Part shown: positions 38,913-48,191 of the stretch, one piece after another | Position numbering within the stretch: the first letter of the stretch is position 1 | Layout: each line of letters begins with the position of its first letter | NCBI GenBank assembly: GCA_964396845.1 | Contig: CAYNGH010000005.1 | Coordinates: 1-52,815 of the forward strand | Source of the DNA: an uncultured bacterium | Lineage (GTDB): Bacteria > Vulcanimicrobiota > JAJTBE01 > CAYNGH01 | Reading direction: 5' to 3' | Length of the DNA: 52,815 nt | Translations under genes and position numbers: made by a program | The notes under the pieces: model-generated | Told to the model about the DNA's origin: nothing | What the model saw: the letters and a program-made list of their open reading frames with translations, nothing else | Database searches by the model: none

Positions 38913-40337
38913 TCAGGAGAAGAATATCCCTGTAGCGGTTTTTATTTTATTCCACAGTTGCCGGGGAGATCGAATCTTGAGAACTTCTCCCATAATATAG
39001 CCGGGTCTTTGATAAAATTTTCGATAAATATCCCCCAGGATTTGTTCCAGCTGGGCCGGTGTGAAATAGCTGGCCCATATCGGCGGGACAAAATCCGGAT
39101 CAGGCCGGCTCACAAAAACATCCCACAGAGCCGGGTCGATGATCCCTTCTTCCACTGCCTGTTCGTATATGGCAGTACCGGGATAGGGAGTAAGGATGCC
39201 AAACAGGGCATAATCCGGGGATAATTCCATGGCAAACATCAGGGTTTTTTCAATATCCTCCGGGGTCTTTTCGTGGGGGCAGCCAATCATAAAATATGCC
39301 ATGGACTCAAGCCCCGCCTGACGAATCCATTTAAACACCTGACGAACCTTACCGGTGGTGATCCCCTTGCCCAGAACTTCCATCCCCTCATCAGTGCCGG
39401 TTTCAACCCCCAGCTGAACCCGCCGGCATCCTGCCTTTTTTGCCCACTGCAACTGCTCCTGATCCACCAGATCAACCCGTCCCCGGTAATTCCAGCGGAT
39501 TTTTATCTCCCGGCGAACTATCTCCCGGCAAATTTCAATTACCCGGGCACCGTCCAGATTGAAAGTGTCATCCACTATGTAAACTTCATCAATCCCCAGT
39601 CGCAGGCATGTTTCCATTTCATCGGCCACCTTCTGAGGGCTTCTGGCTCGAAAAGGAGGCCCGGGAGTTGAGCAGAACCGGCATTTGAAAGGACACCCCC
39701 GGCTGGTGGACATCGCCGAAAGGATCCCACCTTCACCGGCAGACTGATAATAGCTGTCCAGCTTCAGCAACTGTCGCCGGGGAATGGGAATGCTATCCAG
39801 ATCCATCACAGGCTTTGCACTGGAAGTTTGGATGATGTTCCCCGAGGCATTCTTCAGAGTCAGACCATCAATCTTGGACAAGAACTCCATGTCCATTCCG
39901 TGATGATCCACAACCTCCATCAGTTTGACAAAGACTCTTTCTCCTTCACCGGACACTACCAGATCCACCCAGGGGAACCGGGCAGACTGACGGGGAAAGG
40001 CAGTAGCATGAGCACCGCCCCATATAATAATGCCATCGGGGTTTTCCTCCCGGAAGGATCGGGACAGGAATACCATATCAACAAGGTTCTGAGTATGACC
40101 GGTCATACCCAGAATCCGGGGGCTGAATCTTCGAAGTTTTTCAAGAACTTCAGTATGGTTCATACCCATGGCGGCAGAATCAATAATCTCCACCTGGTGG
40201 CGGGAATACCGGGACAAAGCCCCTTCGAGATAAAGTAATCCCAGGGGAGGCAACGCCCCTGACGGAAGGCTGATTTTCCGGGGGATTTCGCTGAATATTC
40301 TGTTTTTATCCGGTGGATTGACAAGGGCTATCTTCAA
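38913..40337 (-). CDS. Cobalamin-binding radical SAM enzyme
   Basis: PPLGL, GGAH and GEGE in the B12 domain. SRGCPFKCRFC, DDTF and GVETG in the rSAM domain. Confidence 0.92.
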   Translation of the reverse strand: MKIALVNPPDKNRIFSEIPRKISLPSGALPPLGLLYLEGALSRYSRHQVEIIDSAAMGMNHTEVLEKLRRFSPRILGMTGHTQNLVDMVFLSRSFREENPDGIIIWGGAHATAFPRQSARFPWVDLVVSGEGERVFVKLMEVVDHHGMDMEFLSKIDGLTLKNASGNIIQTSSAKPVMDLDSIPIPRRQLLKLDSYYQSAGEGGILSAMSTSRGCPFKCRFCSTPGPPFRARSPQKVADEMETCLRLGIDEVYIVDDTFNLDGARVIEICREIVRREIKIRWNYRGRVDLVDQEQLQWAKKAGCRRVQLGVETGTDEGMEVLGKGITTGKVRQVFKWIRQAGLESMAYFMIGCPHEKTPEDIEKTLMFAMELSPDYALFGILTPYPGTAIYEQAVEEGIIDPALWDVFVSRPDPDFVPPIWASYFTPAQLEQILGDIYRKFYQRPGYIMGEVLKIRSPRQLWNKIKTATGIFFS

Positions 40338-40451
40338 ATCCTTCTCCCATGACAGTCAGGTTTAAATCACTATACAACAAAATTGAATCCGGGACAAGAG
40401 GGTTTGTCCGGTGCAACTGGCTGATTGAATATATGGCCGGAATAAACTCCG

Positions 40452-41357
40452 TTAACTAATGTTTATTACAATAATCATCCCGTAATGAATCAACAGGTAT
40501 GCTCCGGCCCAGTTGCGGAAGGCTTCCCCCTGTTTTTTCCGTGGTGTCAGAGCATACCGGCCCCCGGAAACTGCCGGTATCATAACCGCCAGAAGAAAAA
40601 TTACCCACCAAAGGCTTCCAGTCTGGAGATTCAGGGTTCTCACCGTCAGAATCCATGCCGGGATGATATTGAAAAGAATCAATAAAAAACTGCCCCATCC
40701 CCCCAGCCTGGCGGAATAAGAATCCCCCGAGGATGGTTCCTCATCAGTGCCGTAAGTTTTACGGGCAAACTCGAAAAGATTAAACATGAACCAGTTGCCA
40801 AGGCAGAACCATGCAAAAACAGGAGTAATTGAAGTAAAAGGCATCCCTGTCGCAAGACTGAAGATTAACAGCCCCAGAAAAAAAGCAGAAAATGTATGAG
40901 TGATGGCATAAAGCTCCCGCCGGGGGCGAAGCCAGGAACCCGCGAAAAACTCAAATCGCATCAGCAGGGTGAACCCGAGAACCATTAGGTATGAAACTGC
41001 CACTTCAAGCCCTGAGAGAATTGCAATAGTTGTTTCCAAGGCAATAATCACCGCCGATGCCCAATTTGCCTCAGTAACGCTGATAAGCCCCCGGGGAAGG
41101 GGTCTTTCGGGATTAAACTCCCCGTCGAACTGGTAATCCTTTATCTCGTCAAAAATACGCATGTGAAAGAAAATCAACAGAATCAACAACGGCCCGGCAA
41201 CAATAATCCGCCAGAGAAAAGATTCCCCCTCAATACAGGATCCTTTTTGAAAGGTCAGAAGATTCCCGAAGTAAAACAACAGGATCATAGGCAAATGAGA
41301 TAGCAGAGAAAACCGCTCCCGGACAAACTGATGCCAGCGCAAAAAGAAGGGCCTCAC
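40452..41357 (-). CDS. UbiA-like prenyltransferase family membrane protein
   Basis: RIFDEIKDYQFD...PERPLPRG Asp-rich motif, EFARK...SYS, and multiple TMs. Confidence 0.8.
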   Translation of the reverse strand: MRPFFLRWHQFVRERFSLLSHLPMILLFYFGNLLTFQKGSCIEGESFLWRIIVAGPLLILLIFFHMRIFDEIKDYQFDGEFNPERPLPRGLISVTEANWASAVIIALETTIAILSGLEVAVSYLMVLGFTLLMRFEFFAGSWLRPRRELYAITHTFSAFFLGLLIFSLATGMPFTSITPVFAWFCLGNWFMFNLFEFARKTYGTDEEPSSGDSYSARLGGWGSFLLILFNIIPAWILTVRTLNLQTGSLWWVIFLLAVMIPAVSGGRYALTPRKKQGEAFRNWAGAYLLIHYGMIIVINIS

Positions 41358-43075
41358 AGTGAGCCTTCCTCCAGCAGGCCTGCCTGCATAAGATTTTTCC
41401 GGAGGGTTTCATATTCAACCTTGCTGTGATGCCGGGGATCCATGGGGATATGGTCAAAGGCTATCACATGGTCAAAAACAATCCCTCGATTCTGCAGTTC
41501 ACCACGGACAACCTCAATTAATGAATTAATATCACTGATATTTTTCTCCGGCTTCACCACTGCCACTGCCATCTCTCCCAGCCTCTGACAGGGCATCCCC
41601 AGGTAAGCTGCCTGGCTGACTCCAGGGAGGCTTTTTATTGTTTCCTCGGCTTCCACAGGAAAAAGAACCTCCCCGCCACGCCGAATGGCGTTATGAACCC
41701 GGCCTGCCATCCACAGGTTGTTATCTTTGTCCTCCCAGACTACATCCCCGGTACGATGCCATACCTGCCCCTTAGAATCCAGGATCTTGTTGACTTCTGT
41801 GGCACCGGGGTTGTTGTAGTATGATCGGCACACATGAAGCCCGGAAACCACTAACTCGCCGGGTTCTCCCTTCTTCACCAGCAGAGGGCTCCAGCCCTCT
41901 ACGGGCAAGGCGACAGGCCCCCTGGTAATCCTGATTATGTGATAATCAAGGGAATCCACCACAGGCCCCAGCAGAACTCCCTGTTCAGATTCATCACCAC
42001 ATGGGCCGGGAATACTGGATGCTTCAATACAGGCAATGGGTTCCACCTCGGTGGAACCATACAACACCACAATCTCACCGTCGGGGATGCACTTTCGAAA
42101 CATGTCCAGAACATGCCTTCCCATGGGCGCGCCTCCGGTCACCACCCGCCGAAGGTTTGGAAGAATGATATTCTCATCCCGGCAATAACTGGCCAAACCT
42201 CTGATCATTGACGGGGACAGGGTTGCAGTGGTAGCGCCGGTGGATTGAAGCTGTTGTGTCAGCAACCGGGGATCATCAACCGAGGGCCTGCCGATGTCCA
42301 CCGCCGGTATCACCGTATCAATACCGCCGGCAAGGTTGTTCAATGAAAATATGGGAAACGCCGGCAGGTCCACATCGGTTTCATCATAGGGGATAACTCT
42401 CTTCAGGGCCATATGCTGACAACTGAGGAAACCATGAGTTCTGTCAGCGCCCCGGGGCATTCCTGAACTGCCGGTGGTAAAGGTGACCAGGGCAGTTTCA
42501 TCACCGGTGACCCCCTGTATATCACAGGGGATTCCTGATCCGCCCAGCTGTTCAAGGGAAATCTGGTAATCCTGCCGGTGGGAGCCCGCCACAACCTTCA
42601 CAGGGATGGAATCCAACAGAGGCACCTGACGGCACAGGTCAAAGGCATCTTCAAAGGTGATGATCCCCGCCGGGGAAATAAGCCGGGCACACTCCCCCAA
42701 CATATCCCGCCGTGCCCAAGAATCCAGAAACACAGCCCTGGCGCCAATCATCATGACCCCTGCCAGAGCTTGGTAAAGGGCCAGGGACATGGGCAGAAAG
42801 ATTATGACGCAATCCCCCCGTTTAATTCCCAGCTTTCCAAGTCCACCGCCGGTGAATTCAATTGTCCGGTAGAATTCCTCAAAGGTAATAAAATCATGGG
42901 GCATATCCCCGGCGGAAGGAACTGCAGATGGCCACCGGAACGCCCTTTTACCGGGATGTTGCCGGGTGTTTCTGGCCAGGTAACTTACAACATTGTTTTT
43001 TACATGTTCACCGTCATAAAAACCGATGGCTCTGTTTATGAGTCCCATTGATTCTTCTGATAAAATCCCCATCAA
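41354..43075 (-). CDS. AMP-dependent ligase, OleC-like
   Basis: FTTGSSGMPRG, TGGAP, YGSTE, HRTGD and C-terminal PMDPRHHSKV (OleC-type DxRHxxK). Confidence 0.85.
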   Translation of the reverse strand: MMGILSEESMGLINRAIGFYDGEHVKNNVVSYLARNTRQHPGKRAFRWPSAVPSAGDMPHDFITFEEFYRTIEFTGGGLGKLGIKRGDCVIIFLPMSLALYQALAGVMMIGARAVFLDSWARRDMLGECARLISPAGIITFEDAFDLCRQVPLLDSIPVKVVAGSHRQDYQISLEQLGGSGIPCDIQGVTGDETALVTFTTGSSGMPRGADRTHGFLSCQHMALKRVIPYDETDVDLPAFPIFSLNNLAGGIDTVIPAVDIGRPSVDDPRLLTQQLQSTGATTATLSPSMIRGLASYCRDENIILPNLRRVVTGGAPMGRHVLDMFRKCIPDGEIVVLYGSTEVEPIACIEASSIPGPCGDESEQGVLLGPVVDSLDYHIIRITRGPVALPVEGWSPLLVKKGEPGELVVSGLHVCRSYYNNPGATEVNKILDSKGQVWHRTGDVVWEDKDNNLWMAGRVHNAIRRGGEVLFPVEAEETIKSLPGVSQAAYLGMPCQRLGEMAVAVVKPEKNISDINSLIEVVRGELQNRGIVFDHVIAFDHIPMDPRHHSKVEYETLRKNLMQAGLLEEGSL

Positions 43076-43830
43076 AGCTTCATTCCTTTACTCAACATTT
43101 CCTGAATCTCATTCATGTCCGGAGTCCGGTGAAAAACTACTCCCTCCCGGGGGTTATCCCGGCCAGCAATTTTTGCTTGATCCCTTATCATTTCCAGAGC
43201 TTCCGCCAGGGCTGGCCCTTCGTGCCGGGCCGAGAGCATGGGAATATCCATATACCCGGCCACACCATCCATGGGCAACTGCTTTGTCAGGATTATTCTT
43301 CCGTCATCGGGCCGGGAGTTCATCCAGTGAATGGAAAACCCCACCGGCTCACCCCTTGCCCAGGCCCGCAGGTCACAGAATACTCCCCGCTCCCGGGGCA
43401 GAATTCCATGGTGGATGTTGATACAGCCAATTTTCGGAATTTTCAGAATTCTTTTTCGATAAATCTGCCGGGTTCGAAGGTTCACAAGCAGGTCAGGTTC
43501 AAGCCGGGCAATTTCACCAGCCACCGATTCATGATTGATGGATTTTCTCACCAGTGCCGGGATGCCCAGCCTTCGAAACAGCTTCAGCCGGGGATCTCCC
43601 GTCATATGAACAAGAGTATTTGCCGTCAGGGCGCCGCCGATGCCCCGGACACCCCGGGCCGTCAGGCCCAGTCCCTGCAGGAAAAGCCCCGGGCCATGGG
43701 TCTTCAGAAACAACCCGGCGACGATTTTTATGCTTTTCGACAGCTTACCCCTTTCCAGGAGATATTCGAAAAGGCCCAGGTAGTTATCCTTCAGGTAAGT
43801 CACCGTTGATGTGACAAGAATAATCCTCAA
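43072..43830 (-). CDS. Formyltransferase family protein
   Basis: INIHHGILP..RG and SIH.M...DDG.II. Probable TTG start at 43830 after a GGAGG RBS; the ORF-track extension overlaps the upstream gene. Confidence 0.82.
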   Translation of the reverse strand: MRIILVTSTVTYLKDNYLGLFEYLLERGKLSKSIKIVAGLFLKTHGPGLFLQGLGLTARGVRGIGGALTANTLVHMTGDPRLKLFRRLGIPALVRKSINHESVAGEIARLEPDLLVNLRTRQIYRKRILKIPKIGCINIHHGILPRERGVFCDLRAWARGEPVGFSIHWMNSRPDDGRIILTKQLPMDGVAGYMDIPMLSARHEGPALAEALEMIRDQAKIAGRDNPREGVVFHRTPDMNEIQEMLSKGMKL

Positions 43831-43850
43831 GAAACCCTCCATCAAGGCTG

Positions 43851-45167
43851 TCACAGAAATGCCAGAATCAGCAGGGATGCCAGGGTGGAAGAAACTCCCT
43901 GGCGGGCCCAGTGATAGAGGCTCATGGAAAACCCTGTTCTCCGGGGATGAGTGGAAAAATATACCAACACTGCAGTTGTTATCGCCAGGAATCCCGGCAA
44001 CAGACCCCACAAATCCAGAGGATTTTTCCCATACAGGAGAACAAAGGGAAGTACAATCAAGGCCCAGCCCTTTATTGAAGGCAATAAAACAAGGGCCGGC
44101 GAAGAAGAGTCAGGCCGGTGGTGATATGTCCAGGCCATACCGATAATGGCCAGGTGAGCTGCATAAGAAACCACATACGGGAAAAGGTATTCTGACCGTC
44201 CGGTGATGGAGGACATGAAAAGCCAGAAAAGACCGGGGAATGTGACCGCAGCCACCCCCGCCACGGTATGGATTCCCCGATCCTTCTCGGGAATGGGAAA
44301 AATCAGAAAATGTGTTATCATCAATGTCAGGGGCGCATAAAGATAAGGCCACCCTCCCACAGACCAGGTCACCGAGAGAGTCAGGGCAGCCCCCAGAAGA
44401 GCCGCATCATTCAGGGTCGTTCGCCGGCGAAGGGCCAGGGATAGAATCAAAACGGCAACGGTAACCCCCAGGCGCAGGGTGAGGGGAGCAACCCCCAGGG
44501 GCATGAAACTGTGCAGAAGCACATACCCCCCCACAGGGATAAACACATTATCCAGCCCCAGCCAGGCTATTCCTTCCAGCATCATCACCAGCAGTCCCAG
44601 GTTTACGGCTATGAGCAGGGATTCGGCCCGTCCCGTATCTGTATATAGAAGCAGTGGAACATGAGCGCTGAGAAAGGCGGTGATAAAAAAGGCCAGGGAC
44701 CCCTCCACGCTTTTTTTGCCCTCTGCAGTGGAATAGGAAGTAAATCCGTAACGGATCCCCACCAGGGCGGAAATTCCATCGGCAAGGGTCAGGATCAGTA
44801 TGGGGATGCAATAAAGAACCGGCCTGTGACGGGCAAGATAAAACAGAACTGTTACCGACAGGGGAAAAACCAGCCCGCCGTATGAGTGGCGGTTGACTCC
44901 GTCGATAACTCCTCCCAGATGCCGGTTCACAGGGCCAAGGTAACGGCAGGCCAGAAGAAACCCGGTGGAGATAATCCCCAGCACCAGAACCGGCCAGAAA
45001 TCTTCAAAGAGCCAGGGGAATCCAAGGGTCACAATCCCCATAGTAATGTGAAGAATTTTCCGCAACAGCTCAGGATGAGGTGAACAGCGCCGACGAAAAA
45101 ATGAAAGCCCGAAGACTGCACCGGAAAGAATCAAGCTGATCAGCAGTATTCCCGTCCAGGGGTTCAC
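43851..45167 (-). CDS. Phytol/dolichol kinase-like (CTP-dependent) membrane protein with extra C-terminal TMs
   Basis: RKILHI, ADGISALVG, KSVEGS and DNVFIP. Confidence 0.85.
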   Translation of the reverse strand: MNPWTGILLISLILSGAVFGLSFFRRRCSPHPELLRKILHITMGIVTLGFPWLFEDFWPVLVLGIISTGFLLACRYLGPVNRHLGGVIDGVNRHSYGGLVFPLSVTVLFYLARHRPVLYCIPILILTLADGISALVGIRYGFTSYSTAEGKKSVEGSLAFFITAFLSAHVPLLLYTDTGRAESLLIAVNLGLLVMMLEGIAWLGLDNVFIPVGGYVLLHSFMPLGVAPLTLRLGVTVAVLILSLALRRRTTLNDAALLGAALTLSVTWSVGGWPYLYAPLTLMITHFLIFPIPEKDRGIHTVAGVAAVTFPGLFWLFMSSITGRSEYLFPYVVSYAAHLAIIGMAWTYHHRPDSSSPALVLLPSIKGWALIVLPFVLLYGKNPLDLWGLLPGFLAITTAVLVYFSTHPRRTGFSMSLYHWARQGVSSTLASLLILAFL

Positions 45168-46261
45168 TGAATTATGTCCTCAATGACTATGTCGCCGTAG
45201 AAGAAAGCTCGATCCTTCCTGCGAAGCTCAAGGGACAAATCTTTGTCAGGTTCCAGCATCCGGGCCATGGAATCAGGCCTTCGGCGGGGTACCATCATAT
45301 TCCAGTACATAAGTCGTCCTCCGGGTGCGCCCTTCTGGACTATCTTTTCCAGGATCCGGTGATAGTTTTCCCTGGACATGTACTCAAAGATGTCACTGAG
45401 GTTGAAGCGATTGATGTATTTATTCTGTGCAATTTCAAGATAATCTTCCAGAGATGCCAGATGCCACTCAACACGATCAAGGCGTTTCTGGATCAAATCA
45501 TAATTTTCTTTGAGATATGGATAAGGCAAGGCCAAAAGATGGGTTCCGTTGAGAATATATTGAAGATAGGGATTAAACCTGGGCAGAAGCATAGTCAGAG
45601 CATACTGGGTTCTGTCAAAGAGGGCCTTTGAAAGTCCCGGCCCGCTGTAACGGAAAAATGATCGCTCCCTCCCCAGAAGACTCATAACCGGCCTGGAGAA
45701 GAATATGTCAAACACCACCTGCCAGGCCCAGGTGTTCCATTTTTCCTTGTAAAACACCTGCAACTCCTCAAGGGTGCGGATGTTGAAAAGATGGTTGATG
45801 TTATCCTGAGTCTGGATCAGGGGAAGAATTTTTTCCCGGAAAATCTTAAAATAATTTTCAAACTTTCCCCCATTGATAAACCCCGACTGGATAATCCCCG
45901 GCTTCTTGTTCCAGAAACTGCGGGCATCATCGGAAAGCTCCGGTTTACACATCTTATAGAGTTCCATGCGTCGGGAGCTGGGGCGGGATCCTGCCAACTC
46001 CAGATACTGGGAATTATCAAGACGCTTAAAGGCGGCAAGTTTTAATTCAAAAAGATACAGCTGTGTGGGGTTTACATCAAGAGCAATAACCCTGGCAGGG
46101 TCCTTAGTGAGAAGGGCCAAGGTGTTCTCCCCGCCCGATGCAATGGAAACCACCACGTCATTTTTCTGTACCTGCAGGCCTTCAACCAGGACATCTGCAT
46201 CTTCCCAGCACTGGGAATAGTTGATTTCACTGAAATTCGCATGTTGTGAAACTTCTGCCAC
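45164..46261 (-). CDS. BtaA/DUF3419 family SAM-dependent 3-amino-3-carboxypropyl transferase
   Basis: YSQCWED, IASGGEN, DVNPTQ, LSDIFEYM and DRAFFY. Confidence 0.88.
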   Translation of the reverse strand: MAEVSQHANFSEINYSQCWEDADVLVEGLQVQKNDVVVSIASGGENTLALLTKDPARVIALDVNPTQLYLFELKLAAFKRLDNSQYLELAGSRPSSRRMELYKMCKPELSDDARSFWNKKPGIIQSGFINGGKFENYFKIFREKILPLIQTQDNINHLFNIRTLEELQVFYKEKWNTWAWQVVFDIFFSRPVMSLLGRERSFFRYSGPGLSKALFDRTQYALTMLLPRFNPYLQYILNGTHLLALPYPYLKENYDLIQKRLDRVEWHLASLEDYLEIAQNKYINRFNLSDIFEYMSRENYHRILEKIVQKGAPGGRLMYWNMMVPRRRPDSMARMLEPDKDLSLELRRKDRAFFYGDIVIEDIIQ

Positions 46262-46432
46262 AATACCACTCCCAATTTGTGCAAATAAAATATTAATTTT
46301 ACATTAAGGCATAAAAAACCTTTATCATATCACACAAGTCTTGTTTATCGACACAGAGTACTGACCATGTTACTGCTGTTTTGTTTCTTTACAGCGGGAT
46401 TGTTGAATTGCCAACGAACCTGTCGTTACAGC

Positions 46433-46825
46433 TTATACAACTCCGTCGGTTTTCGGCGACATAATGCTGTCCAGTTGCTCAATCAGTTGATTCGGGCCGA
46501 AAGGCTTTGGAAGAAAAACCTCGGCCCCGGCATTGAGGGATTGTTCGGTAATGTCATGGTCTGTTATTGAAGATGTTACAAGTACGGGAATATTTCTGAA
46601 ACGATCATCATGCTTCAAAAGCCTGCATAGAGCCAGGCCTGATACAGTGGGAAGAATAATATCCAGAACAATGACATCCGGAGGGGCATCCATCACCGCC
46701 AGATAAAAATCGAGGCCGTCGGTAAAAAAAGTAGTATCAAACCTGGGATGATCACTAAATACCGCCCGCAGAAGTTCCAACTGCATCGGGAAGTCCTCGG
46801 CTATATAAAGTCTTGTCCTGCTCAT
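46433..46825 (-). CDS. Single-domain response regulator
   Basis: AED, LDIILP, VTS and KPF. AGGAGG RBS. Confidence 0.88.
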   Translation of the reverse strand: MSRTRLYIAEDFPMQLELLRAVFSDHPRFDTTFFTDGLDFYLAVMDAPPDVIVLDIILPTVSGLALCRLLKHDDRFRNIPVLVTSSITDHDITEQSLNAGAEVFLPKPFGPNQLIEQLDSIMSPKTDGVV

Positions 46826-46898
46826 TCTTCCTCCTTGTCATCCCGGCGATACCGGCAATACCGGGCCGGGATAGCCCTCTGCCATGTCAAGTCCATAC

Positions 46899-48092
46899 TC
46901 AGCTTTCCAGGACTGTGAAAAGCTGCATGAAGGGAAGGGCCAGGGACAGGATAATCACTGCAATAAACAACCCCACCACGATCATGATGGCCGGCTCCAG
47001 CAGACTTGTTAATGCCCTGAGAGAAATCTCCACCTGGGTTTCATAAAAACCAGCCAGTTCCTTCAGCATTACATCCAGTGAACCGGTTTCTTCTCCCACC
47101 GTCATCATGCTCACCGCCATAGGGGTGAACAAATCTGAGCGCCCGATGGCCTGGCTGATGGAATCACCTTCACTAAGATTTTTCAGGGAATTCTTGAGAT
47201 GTTCCTCCATGACCAGGTTGCCGATACTCCCTGCGGTGAGATCCATGGCCTGAAGAATAGGCACGCCGGCTCCGTAGAGAGTTCCCAGAGTCCGGGCAAA
47301 ACGGGCTATTGCAAGTTTCTTGATGAGAGGGCCGATGACCCTCATTTCCAGCTTGAACCGATCAAAAGCATAAGCCCCCCGGGGAGTCTGCAGGATCTTG
47401 TAGGCTATGAACCCCAGCAGTATCAGCCCCAGAAGAACCCAGTGCCAACTGAGCTGCATAAAACGGCCAACCCCCAGAATAATCCTGGTCAGGAATGGAA
47501 GCTCCGTAGAGAAGCCTTCATAGACATCAATAACCACGGGTATTCCATAAGCCATGATAAATCCCATTACCAGAAGGGCAAAGGTGAGAGTCATCACCGG
47601 ATAGTAGAGCTGTCCGATTATTTTTCTTCGCAATATTTCCTGTTGTTCGATATATTTTGCCAGTCGCAGGAGAATCCCCGGAAGCTCACCGCCTCCTTCT
47701 CCCGCCTGCACCATGGAATAATACAGCTTGTCAAAAACCCCGGGGAATTCTTTTATGCACTCGGAAAGACTCTTTCCCGAGTTAATGCCGGAATCCAGCT
47801 CCAGGGCCACCTGTCGCAAAGACGGGCTTTCCACATCTGTTGCCAGAATATTCAAAGCCTTGCTCAACAGAATACCCGCCTTGAGCATGGAACCCAGCTC
47901 CTGGGTAAACAGCAGTAATTCCTCACCGCTTACCCTCAGCTTCTCTCTGCGAGTCTTCATCTGATTCAAATTAGTCACCGTCAGGTTTTTTTCCGAGAGA
48001 ACTTTCAGGGCAAAACTGCGGTTCTCTGCCTCCAGGGTACCAGACGAGCGATTCCCCTTATCATCAAGGGCCGTAAAAACATACTGCGCCAT
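46899..48092 (-). CDS. pilC: Type IV pilus/T2SS platform protein PilC/GspF
   Basis: FTQELGSML.AG, AGE.GG.L, YP, F.RTL.TL..AGVP, GEETG.L and LEP. GGAGG RBS before ATG 48092. Confidence 0.9.
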   Translation of the reverse strand: MAQYVFTALDDKGNRSSGTLEAENRSFALKVLSEKNLTVTNLNQMKTRREKLRVSGEELLLFTQELGSMLKAGILLSKALNILATDVESPSLRQVALELDSGINSGKSLSECIKEFPGVFDKLYYSMVQAGEGGGELPGILLRLAKYIEQQEILRRKIIGQLYYPVMTLTFALLVMGFIMAYGIPVVIDVYEGFSTELPFLTRIILGVGRFMQLSWHWVLLGLILLGFIAYKILQTPRGAYAFDRFKLEMRVIGPLIKKLAIARFARTLGTLYGAGVPILQAMDLTAGSIGNLVMEEHLKNSLKNLSEGDSISQAIGRSDLFTPMAVSMMTVGEETGSLDVMLKELAGFYETQVEISLRALTSLLEPAIMIVVGLFIAVIILSLALPFMQLFTVLES

Positions 48093-48191
48093 GGGAATTC
48101 CTCCAATCTCCATTTTCTATAAGTATAATCTAATAAACAGTATATCCTGATTATTAGTTTCTATGAAGATAAATATTTCAGTCGATGATTG

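Noticed and set aside
43026-44146. Plus-strand ORFs (up to 253 aa) opposite the formyltransferase, and the ORF-track extension of the formyltransferase to 44010
   Set aside because: The plus-strand ORFs are antisense shadows. The extension overlaps the kinase gene, and an RBS supports the start at 43830.
46842-46870. Short tandem CCGGC(G/A)ATA repeat between pilC and the receiver gene
   Set aside because: Only about 2.5 copies of a 9-mer, with no spacers and no recurrence; not CRISPR or REP-like.
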